The position numbers and the translations under genes were made by a program. The notes beneath the pieces are model-generated. The model was not told where the DNA came from, ran no database searches, and was given only the letters and a program-made list of their open reading frames with translations. Source: Candidatus Poribacteria bacterium (lineage in GTDB: Bacteria; Poribacteria; WGA-4E; WGA-3G). Taken from it: a stretch of 64,000 bases of DNA. Positions 56,974 through 64,000 of this stretch are shown here, in pieces; within the stretch, counting starts at the first letter, position 1; every line of letters starts with the position of its first letter. The stretch is from assembly GCA_028820635.1 (NCBI GenBank), contig JAPPIG010000108.1, positions 113,733 through 177,732 on the forward strand. Reading direction: 5' to 3'.

Positions 56974-57864
56974 TTACTCCGTACGCAGGCGTTTAATTTC
57001 TGCTAAAGCCTTAGCGAGTTCTGCCTCAGCGTTTTGCCGTGCGTTAGTTTCTTGTTCGGCGTGTGCTTCAGCGTTTTCTGCGCGTGCTTCAGCGTTTTCT
57101 GCGCGTGCTTCAGCAATTTCTGTACGTTCTGCACGCGTCTGAAGCCATTCACCCACAATAGGATCATAAATCGCTATCTCTCCATCACGAATATGGAAAT
57201 CCAAATCCAAAACCGAAGCGCGAAAACCTCCTCGTTCATCCGCAGAAATAGCGACATACTCACCATCCACTAACGTGAACCCCATCATCGGAGATGGTAA
57301 ATACAAACCCTCTGCATCATATAAGAAGTAATTCTGTATTCTCAATGAAGCATAAACATCCTTCTTCTCGCCTAAGTCTTTATCATAAGTGCTTTTACTG
57401 GAGAACTCCATCACGAAATCGGGTGCTTTTCCTTCCTCCCATGTTTTATACGTCAGACGCAGCTTTGGGTTTATACCAAAACAGACGAGCACATCCGGAG
57501 ATATAGACTTCCGGGGATCCCCTTCGCTGTAATACATCATTAGGTCGCCAGAGATATAGACTTCCGGATTTTGTGCGAAATGTGTCTCAAGTGCTTGCAG
57601 CGTCCATATTAGTAATCTTAAATGATAATCGCTTGCTGCCATCGGCTTTCCATCTTCAGAAGGGTAAAGGTCTATATCGTCAGTAGGGGCATAAGGAATA
57701 GAGGTATCTTTTGCATAAGGGCGTGCCATTATGTTTCTCCTTAAAAAGTTTATACTACTTTCGTTCCTATTTCCCAACTTCATCCATAAGTTAGTATTTT
57801 CCCACAAACTGAATTCGGTTTTTCTCAGGGTCTCTGATATCAAAAATCCCATAACCACCATCAT
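56974..57864 (-). CDS. Uma2-family (DUF820) protein, copy B. The annotated long ORF probably starts at the internal MARPY Met, about 57730.
   Basis: Near-identical to copy A across the core. Its C-terminal tail is built from 21-bp DNA repeats (gcgtgcttcagcgttttctgc x about 3) that encode AENAEARAENAEARAENAEA. Confidence 0.7.
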   Translation of the reverse strand: MMVVMGFLISETLRKTEFSLWENTNLWMKLGNRNESSINFLRRNIMARPYAKDTSIPYAPTDDIDLYPSEDGKPMAASDYHLRLLIWTLQALETHFAQNPEVYISGDLMMYYSEGDPRKSISPDVLVCFGINPKLRLTYKTWEEGKAPDFVMEFSSKSTYDKDLGEKKDVYASLRIQNYFLYDAEGLYLPSPMMGFTLVDGEYVAISADERGGFRASVLDLDFHIRDGEIAIYDPIVGEWLQTRAERTEIAEARAENAEARAENAEAHAEQETNARQNAEAELAKALAEIKRLRTE

Positions 57865-58147
57865 TTTCCAAAGGTCTTAAACGTAACCCCTTTGACTTTA
57901 AATGTTGGTGCATTGCATTCACACTTTCAACCTGAAGCATTAACTTTTGCCTACCCTCATTTGGTTTACTTGCACTATGGAGACACAGTTTACACTCGCC
58001 TGTATCAAACCGGTAAAAACGATTTTCTGGAAATGGTTGATCTTCTTCTGGTGTTAATCCGATTACATCTCTATAAAATGCAATGACCTTTTTCATATCT
58101 TTTACAAAAAGCATGACTCCGCCAAGACTAACTTTGATTTCTGACAT
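57791..58147 (-). CDS. VOC-family (glyoxalase/bleomycin-resistance/dioxygenase fold) small protein
   Basis: 118 aa. VMLFVKDMKKVIAFYRDVIGL is a typical VOC beta-alpha-beta-beta-beta N-terminus. It may overlap the Uma2-B ORF only because that ORF is over-extended. Confidence 0.6.
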   Translation of the reverse strand: MSEIKVSLGGVMLFVKDMKKVIAFYRDVIGLTPEEDQPFPENRFYRFDTGECKLCLHSASKPNEGRQKLMLQVESVNAMHQHLKSKGLRLRPLENDGGYGIFDIRDPEKNRIQFVGKY

Positions 58148-58215
58148 ATCTGTACCTCTATCGTATCTATACCATTTAAGGGGCGATCCAATTTCTCTTC
58201 TATGTAAGGTTATTA

Positions 58216-59412
58216 TTACCTATCCAACTCTCCGGCAATTACATTTAAACTTCCCAACACAGCCACCGTATCCGATACCATGCCGCCTTCCAACATGTGC
58301 GGCAGTGCTTGGAAATGGAAGAAACTCGGTGGACGAATTCTAATACGATAGGCAGTCCCGCTTCCATCGCTCACAATATAAAACCCTAATTCTCCATTTG
58401 GCGATTCTGTGGCGCAATAATGGTCACCTTTGGGAGGCTGCACACCGTGTCCATCCATAACAATTTTGAAATGATGGATTAATCCTTCTATATGCCCATA
58501 AGCATCCGATTTGTCTGGCATCATGATTTTGTTGTCTTCTACACTAAATGGACCATCCGGCAGATTATCCAATGCTTGTCCAACGATACCGCAGCTTTGA
58601 ATCATCTCCTCCATTCGGACTAAATATCGGTCATACGCATCACCGTTGGTCCCAACTGGCACATCAAATTTTATTTCATTGTAAGAGGAATAAGGCTCCG
58701 CCTTGCGGATATCGTGTGCGATACCTGTTGCACGTAGACAGGGACCGGTTAACCCATAATTAATCGCATCTTCAGAGGAAATTGTGCCAACCCCTTTTGT
58801 TCTATCCATCCAAATTCGGTTGCGGGTTAACAACGTATGCGTTTCTTTCAACGCTTTTGGGAAATTGGTAATGAAATCACGGGTATCCGTTTCAAATCCA
58901 TCATAAAGATCGCGAAAAACACCACCGACACGGGTGTAACTTGTTGTCAACCGTGCGCCTGTGGTTTTCTCAAAAATACTGTAGAGTTTTTCGCGCTCGC
59001 GGAAACTGTAGAGAAATACTGAAAACGCCCCTAAATCCAATGCTGCAGTACCAAGCCATAGCAGATGGTCAGCCAGTCGAGAAAGTTCTGCCATCAAAAT
59101 TCGGATGTATTGACACCGCTTTGGCACTTCAATACCGAGCAATTGTTCCACTGCAAGCACATACCCAAAATTGTTAGACAATGGCGACAGATAATTCATC
59201 CGGTCAGTAACAACGATGTACTGATTGTAGTCTAAATGTTCACCCAGTTTCTCAAACCCAGTATGTAAGTATCCAGCGTGTGGTGTTGCCTTCAAAATGG
59301 TTTCACCATCAAGTTCCAATACGATACGAAGGGTGCCGTGTGTAGCAGGGTGTTGCGGTCCGAAGTTGAGAACCATCTTCTCGCCTGTTGTGCGTTCCAT
59401 CCCACCTTGCAT
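58216..59412 (-). CDS. nuoD: NADH-quinone oxidoreductase subunit D
   Basis: 49-kDa subunit (…FGPQHPATHGTLR…). Length is 398 aa. Confidence 0.9.
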   Translation of the reverse strand: MQGGMERTTGEKMVLNFGPQHPATHGTLRIVLELDGETILKATPHAGYLHTGFEKLGEHLDYNQYIVVTDRMNYLSPLSNNFGYVLAVEQLLGIEVPKRCQYIRILMAELSRLADHLLWLGTAALDLGAFSVFLYSFREREKLYSIFEKTTGARLTTSYTRVGGVFRDLYDGFETDTRDFITNFPKALKETHTLLTRNRIWMDRTKGVGTISSEDAINYGLTGPCLRATGIAHDIRKAEPYSSYNEIKFDVPVGTNGDAYDRYLVRMEEMIQSCGIVGQALDNLPDGPFSVEDNKIMMPDKSDAYGHIEGLIHHFKIVMDGHGVQPPKGDHYCATESPNGELGFYIVSDGSGTAYRIRIRPPSFFHFQALPHMLEGGMVSDTVAVLGSLNVIAGELDR

Positions 59413-59424
59413 AGATTGCTCCTT

Positions 59425-59547
59425 TTATAAAATTGACTTACGCTTTTCCGTTTTGAGTTGTTGATATTTATTTTGAACAAGTCCTAAAACTTTGCATACA
59501 ACACCTATCCAAACACAAGCGAAAAAAGTTAAAATAATTACACCCAT
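59425..59547 (-). CDS. Candidate small hydrophobic peptide (40 aa, MGVIILTFFACVWIGVVCKVLGLVQNKYQQLKTEKRKSIL) in the nuoC-nuoD spacer
   Basis: I translated this ORF manually. It has a GAGG motif 8 nt upstream of the ATG, is single-TM-like, and falls below the ORF-track length cutoff. Confidence 0.25.
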   Translation of the reverse strand: MGVIILTFFACVWIGVVCKVLGLVQNKYQQLKTEKRKSIL

Positions 59548-59591
59548 AATTCTAACCTCAATATTTTCAATACTATTCGTTGCATTTTAAA

Positions 59592-59729
59592 CTATTGTGG
59601 GGGTGAATTAAAGTGTTTATACAACCACCGCACAAGATCCGCGCAAAAGTAAACAAACGCCCAGAATACATAGACTGTCCCGATAACCAAGAATGACATT
59701 TTGACGGTATTCAAAATCTTTCTTTTCAT
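59592..59729 (-). CDS. Candidate small hydrophobic peptide (45 aa, MKRKILNTVKMSFLVIGTVYVFWAFVYFCADLVRWLYKHFNSPPQ) in the nuoC-nuoD spacer
   Basis: I translated this ORF manually. It has no clear Shine-Dalgarno site and is single-TM-like. Confidence 0.2.
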   Translation of the reverse strand: MKRKILNTVKMSFLVIGTVYVFWAFVYFCADLVRWLYKHFNSPPQ

Positions 59730-59843
59730 TTTTTCGAAATACCAGTTCTAAATGTATCAATGAACCATTCATTAGCGTTTGATTTTAATGTAGTTTCCGT
59801 CTATCCAACCTATAACAAAATGTCTTCTTTTTCAAACTCAAGG

Positions 59844-60422
59844 CTACACGTTCTGCTTTTCAAAATTGAAACTTTCGCGCTCACCACGCCCACGTAGCGG
59901 ATAATCCTTGCGAAGTGGATGTCCCTCAAAATCATCCGGCATTAAAATTCGACGCAGATCAGGGTGTCCTTCAAAGTCTATTCCGAACATATCGTGGGTT
60001 TCCCGCTCCAACCAGTTGGCACCCTTCCATAACTTCGTCACCGAGGGAACCTTCAAATCTTTTTCATGCACTGGCACTTTAACCCGAATACGAGGCGTTT
60101 CCCCTTCAAAGGTGTAAAGGTGATAGACAACCATGAATCGGGCATAGTCATACTGCATCAATTCCGATTCCAAATTGGAATTGTCAACTGCTGTTACGTC
60201 AATAAGAAACGTATATGCAAGTTCTGTCTTTAGATACTCTAACAGCGCGTAAATGTGTTCTTTGCCTACAACAACAGCAACACCGTTACTGGTTTCTGTA
60301 TCTGCTAAGAGGACATCTGCAAACTTTTCTTGTAGTTTTTCAAGTACAAGCGGTTGCGTTTCTTCCGTAATCTCTTTTTCTTCATTCATTATATGCGACC
60401 TCAGAACCTTTGGGGAGCTCAC
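59844..60422 (-). CDS. nuoC: NADH-quinone oxidoreductase subunit C
   Basis: 30-kDa subunit, 192 aa. It is not fused to nuoD. The true start is probably the internal MNEEK Met. Confidence 0.85.
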   Translation of the reverse strand: MSSPKVLRSHIMNEEKEITEETQPLVLEKLQEKFADVLLADTETSNGVAVVVGKEHIYALLEYLKTELAYTFLIDVTAVDNSNLESELMQYDYARFMVVYHLYTFEGETPRIRVKVPVHEKDLKVPSVTKLWKGANWLERETHDMFGIDFEGHPDLRRILMPDDFEGHPLRKDYPLRGRGERESFNFEKQNV

Positions 60423-60930
60423 CTTTTTGGATTTGCCGTTGTACTTGCATCACAGCATCAATCAAATCTTCTGGTCGTGGTGGGCATCCGGGAATATAGA
60501 CATCAACAGGAAGGAATTGGTCAACGCCTTGTATTAAGGTATAAGTATCAAAGACACCGCCGCAGGATGCACATGCACCCATTGAGATAACCCACTTCGG
60601 TTCTGGCATCTGGTCATAAATACGTTTTAGTACCGGCATCATTTTAATTGAAATCCGTCCTGAAACGATGAGTAGGTCAGATTGGCGTGGAGAGAAACGA
60701 ATTGCCTCAGAACCGAATCGAGAGAGGTCGAATTTGGAAGCCAAGGTCGCCATCATCTCAATCGCACAGCAGGCGGTACCGAACGGCATCGGCCACAAGG
60801 AATTCTTTCGTCCCCAATTGACAACTTTGTCAATAGTTGTTGTGATGATATTACCATCAGTTTGTTCGGTGCTTGATCCACTTTGTATATGGGTTTTGGC
60901 TAATCCCATGTTAAGCCTCCTTTTTTCCAA
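60382..60930 (-). CDS. nuoB: NADH-quinone oxidoreductase subunit B
   Basis: 20-kDa subunit with conserved 4Fe-4S cluster-ligand blocks ([28 protein letters not shown]). Confidence 0.9.
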   Translation of the reverse strand: MEKRRLNMGLAKTHIQSGSSTEQTDGNIITTTIDKVVNWGRKNSLWPMPFGTACCAIEMMATLASKFDLSRFGSEAIRFSPRQSDLLIVSGRISIKMMPVLKRIYDQMPEPKWVISMGACASCGGVFDTYTLIQGVDQFLPVDVYIPGCPPRPEDLIDAVMQVQRQIQKGELPKGSEVAYNE

Positions 60931-61265
60931 GCGTAGATGTAGCCGAGAAGGAGAATACCGATAAACACCAGCATCTCAACTAAAATAAATAAACCGTTAT
61001 CTGCAGACATTTTCTTAAAGACCACTGCCCACGGATAGAGAAAGACGACTTCAATATCAAAGATGATAAAGAGCATAGCGATGAGGTCGAACCGGATGGA
61101 GAACCTTTGTCTGGCATCACCGACCGGTTGCACACCAGATTCGTAGACAGATAGTTTAACACGTGTGGGTTTTTTAGGTCCAAGAAGATGGGTCAGGGCG
61201 AGATTAACACCTGCAAAGAGGACTGCAAAGAGTCCTAAAAATACTATTGGAAGATAATCTAACAT
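60900..61265 (-). CDS. nuoA: NADH-quinone oxidoreductase subunit A
   Basis: NuoA/ND3 family protein with 3 TM segments, 121 aa. It is the first gene of the cluster. Confidence 0.85.
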   Translation of the reverse strand: MLDYLPIVFLGLFAVLFAGVNLALTHLLGPKKPTRVKLSVYESGVQPVGDARQRFSIRFDLIAMLFIIFDIEVVFLYPWAVVFKKMSADNGLFILVEMLVFIGILLLGYIYAWKKGGLTWD

Positions 61266-61559
61266 TTGCTCTAATCTATTTAAGCCTCCGGCAAACGACA
61301 GATATTAACGTCATCTATTATTACTTTTGTCGGATGGACTTCTGACGTTGCTAATAATTAACTTAGTTTGTGTTCAAATTTGCAAACGAATTTGTTAAAC
61401 GTGCTTATAATTTTACATATTTAGAGAAAAGTGTCAAGTTTTTTTTATAAATATTACGATTTTTTGAAATATAATAAAAAATGAGAAATAAGATTATTTA
61501 TGTAGGTTTGTAAGGTTTTTATAGAAGACATAACATTTGTCGCTATTCAGTGGTATGCT
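61266..61559 (-). promoter_or_regulatory. AT-rich leader or promoter region upstream of nuoA
   Basis: About 290 bp of roughly 75% A+T non-coding sequence precedes the first nuo gene. No specific -35/-10 assignment was attempted. Confidence 0.3.
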
Positions 61560-61946
61560 TCACCATTGCCGATAATAGGTTAAAATAATAACAGGGACAG
61601 CAAGCGTGTCATCAAGATATTGAAAACCACTGCAATCTGGTTCTGTAAAAACCTGTAATAATTCTAAAGAAAATTCCCAGGATTTACGTGTTAACTTCCA
61701 TCTGAATTGATTTTTGGTCTTATCTATCAAAACTGCTCCATCATCTTGTTCCGCAATCTGTGCCGAAAGTTTACACCCGTCTACCGGAGTTATAAATGGC
61801 AAAGTGTGAATATCAAGCGTTTCACCAGAACCCAATATGACATCTTGTATCGCTTTTTGTAATTGTTCTGCCTTCGTTGGAATGATTGGAGACATAATTA
61901 TCAATGGGCTGTAATGACCCACATCTGGTATATATTCAAGTTCCAT
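61560..61946 (-). CDS. Hypothetical protein (128 aa)
   Basis: Intact ORF with no recognisable motifs. Confidence 0.4.
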   Translation of the reverse strand: MELEYIPDVGHYSPLIIMSPIIPTKAEQLQKAIQDVILGSGETLDIHTLPFITPVDGCKLSAQIAEQDDGAVLIDKTKNQFRWKLTRKSWEFSLELLQVFTEPDCSGFQYLDDTLAVPVIILTYYRQW

Positions 61947-62034
61947 AATATCTCCTTTTCAATAATGTTTCTTGCAAAGTTATTAAGAATGGTAGTCCCA
62001 GAAAACCTTGTTGTAGTTAGGAGCAAGTCATATA

Positions 62035-62676
62035 TCAAGGTGATAATCTTTTAATTTCCCAGTTTCCAGTGTCTTTTAAGATATAACGAATCCTATCATG
62101 TAAACGGTTTGGACACCCTTGCCAAAATTCAAACATGTTTGGAATCAGTCTGTAGCCGCCCCAATGAGATGGTCGTGGAATATCTTTATCAGAATAAGTC
62201 AACTTCGCTTTCTCAAAGTTTTCCTCCAGATGTCCTCGCCCAGGAATAACGATGCTTTGCCGTTCTGTTTGGACAGCAAGTTGACTATCAATTGGACGAC
62301 TGGCGAAATATGCATCCGATTCAACCTTTGTCATCTTTTTTACAATGCCATTGCTTCTCACCTGTCGATCATGTTCCCGCCAATAGAAAACAAGTGCTGC
62401 ATGTGGGTTCTCTGCCAATTCTTTTCCTTTTTGACTGTCATAGTCCGTATAGAAACAGAACCCATTTGTGTCAAAACCTCTGAGGACTACCATACGGGCA
62501 GAAGGGATACCGTCTGGCGTTGCGGTTGCAAGTGTCATTGCATCTGGCAGATCAATGCCTGCTTCTGTGGCATCGGTAAACCATTTTTCAAATTGGTCAA
62601 AGGGGTTTTTAGCGATATTGTCTTCGGTCAATCCACCATGTGATTGATATTCTCTGCGGAGTTTATCAGCGTTCAT
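62035..62676 (-). CDS. pdxH: Pyridoxamine 5'-phosphate oxidase PdxH
   Basis: RMVVLRGFDTNGFCFYTDYDSQKGKELAENPHAALVFYW matches the PdxH FMN-binding core. Length is 213 aa. Confidence 0.85.
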   Translation of the reverse strand: MNADKLRREYQSHGGLTEDNIAKNPFDQFEKWFTDATEAGIDLPDAMTLATATPDGIPSARMVVLRGFDTNGFCFYTDYDSQKGKELAENPHAALVFYWREHDRQVRSNGIVKKMTKVESDAYFASRPIDSQLAVQTERQSIVIPGRGHLEENFEKAKLTYSDKDIPRPSHWGGYRLIPNMFEFWQGCPNRLHDRIRYILKDTGNWEIKRLSP

Positions 62677-62677
62677 A

Positions 62678-64000
62678 TTATTTTTTCCAATAATTCGGTG
62701 AAAAGAGAATAAGTACAGTATAGAGTTCTAAGCGGCCGAGTAACATGCAGAAAGTCAGGACAATTTTACCTGCAGTGTGGATATGTGCGTAATTATCAAT
62801 AGGACCTACATCACCGAGTCCGGGTCCGATGTTTCCCATCGTAGCAATTGTGCATCCTGCAGCAGTGATTAAATCCAAGCCCAAGGTCGTCATGATACAG
62901 GTGACGATAGCAAAAATACCAATAAAAAAGAAGAAAAAGCCGAGGACGTGTGTAAGCACTTCGGGGGGCACGACTCTGTCATTGACTCGAACGGGCAGAA
63001 CAGCATGTGGAAAAATTAGCCGCTTGATTTCAGCACCACTTTGTTTGATAAGGAGTAAAAAGCGAAGTTGTTTCATGCCTCCACCCGTTGATCCAGCACA
63101 TCCACCGTAGAACATCAGCGTGACTAAAATGAATTGGGATAGATAGGGCCACATTTCAAAATCAGCAGAGCCATAACCGGTTGTAGTGGTTATAGATAAA
63201 ACTTGGAATGCGGCGTAGCGGATTCCATCCCCCATGGAATCGTAAGGTATCTGTTTATCAACGTTTTCAAATCTCACTGTATTCCAAGAAACAAGAAGAA
63301 TGCTCGCAAGAATCACGACACAGTAGAATCGGAATTCGGTGTCTTTAAAATAACTTTTGACATCACCGCGGAGTGCCCGATAGTGCAAGGCAAAATTTGT
63401 GCCTGCAAGGAACATAAAGACCATTATGACCGTTTCGATATAGACGCTATTGTAGTGAGCAATGCTGGCGTTTTTGGTTGAAAATCCGCCAGTAGCCATT
63501 GTGCCAAAGGTATGGCAGAGCGCATCGAAAAGGGTCATGTCCCCGAGCCAAAGCAGCAGTGTCTCTAATACAGAGAGTAAGATGTAGACTCCCCAGAGCA
63601 ATTTGGCTGTTTGTGCGATACGTGGTGTGAGTCGGTCTGTTTGGGGGCCAGGTGCCTCTGCGCGAAACAGCTGCATTCCACCCACACCAAGCATCGGGAG
63701 AATCGCTACAGCAAGCACAACAATTCCCATGCCGCCAAGCCAATGGCTGAAACTTCGCCAAAACAGCATGGCATGTGAAAGATGTTCAATTTCTGTTAAA
63801 ACTGTGGCACCGGTTGTTGAGAAACCGGACATAGATTCAAAATAGCAGAATGTGAATTCTTCTAAAGGAGTACGACCTTCTGCTGAGAAAACATCAGCAA
63901 AAAGATAAGGAAAAGAACCAAAGAGCGCTACAAAAACCCATCCTAAAGCGACAATTGCGAACCCTTCACGTATACCGAGTTCTGGTTCTGAGGGTCTAAT
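62678..64000 (-). CDS. trkH: TrkH/KtrB-family potassium uptake membrane protein. The 5' end lies beyond the window edge.
   Basis: Repeated GxGxG pore-loop-like motifs (TTTGYG, SGFSTTGATV). The frame remains open upstream of the listed Met to position 64000. Confidence 0.75.
   Translation of the reverse strand: MRPSEPELGIREGFAIVALGWVFVALFGSFPYLFADVFSAEGRTPLEEFTFCYFESMSGFSTTGATVLTEIEHLSHAMLFWRSFSHWLGGMGIVVLAVAILPMLGVGGMQLFRAEAPGPQTDRLTPRIAQTAKLLWGVYILLSVLETLLLWLGDMTLFDALCHTFGTMATGGFSTKNASIAHYNSVYIETVIMVFMFLAGTNFALHYRALRGDVKSYFKDTEFRFYCVVILASILLVSWNTVRFENVDKQIPYDSMGDGIRYAAFQVLSITTTTGYGSADFEMWPYLSQFILVTLMFYGGCAGSTGGGMKQLRFLLLIKQSGAEIKRLIFPHAVLPVRVNDRVVPPEVLTHVLGFFFFFIGIFAIVTCIMTTLGLDLITAAGCTIATMGNIGPGLGDVGPIDNYAHIHTAGKIVLTFCMLLGRLELYTVLILFSPNYWKK

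Noticed and set aside
41539-61265. Assignment of the locus to a cyanobacterium on the basis of Uma2 genes and heptamer repeats
   Set aside because: Cyanobacterial NDH-1 lacks nuoE, nuoF and nuoG, whereas all three are present here. The lineage is left undetermined.

Overview
This 64 kb window is a chromosomal segment dominated by a 14-subunit-type NADH:quinone oxidoreductase (complex I) operon on the minus strand: nuoA, B, C, D, E, F, G, H, J, K, L, M and N lie at about 41.5-61.3 kb. The operon is unusual: nuoI is absent, and three groups of foreign genes sit inside it. Between nuoD and nuoE there is a VOC/glyoxalase gene, then two near-identical Uma2-family endonuclease genes flanking a lipoprotein gene. 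Between nuoL and nuoM there are two tandem small paralogs. Between nuoM and nuoN there is an ion-transporter-like permease.

The first half of the window looks accessory:
- the 3'-truncated N-terminus of a GH32-like glycoside hydrolase at the window start;
- two different degraded IS630 transposases flanking an isochorismatase-family hydrolase;
- tandem paralogous secreted proteins;
- three phytanoyl-CoA-dioxygenase-like paralogs;
- PPK2 next to a 1166-aa membrane-anchored Q/E-rich coiled-coil protein;
- a 7TM-DISM receptor with a PP2C phosphatase output;
- a defence-like island with DUF488, a membrane protein plus a ComEC-like MBL-fold hydrolase, a frameshifted hsdS, hsdM with no hsdR, and an AAA-ATPase/PD-(D/E)xK protein;
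- miaA and mnmA with an insertion bounded by a duplicated mnmA 5' end;
- an enolase-superfamily gene, two HEAT-repeat lipoproteins, and RDD and other membrane proteins;
- an ECF sigma / anti-sigma / DUF4252 / outer-membrane beta-barrel envelope cluster.

At the far end are pdxH and a 5'-partial trkH. At least three families of small palindromic interspersed repeats (REP/MITE-like) populate the intergenic regions. I could not identify any rRNA, tRNA or CRISPR array by eye. GC content is moderate, and the lineage is uncertain. The presence of nuoEFG argues against a classical cyanobacterium, even though Uma2 genes and heptamer repeats are present.
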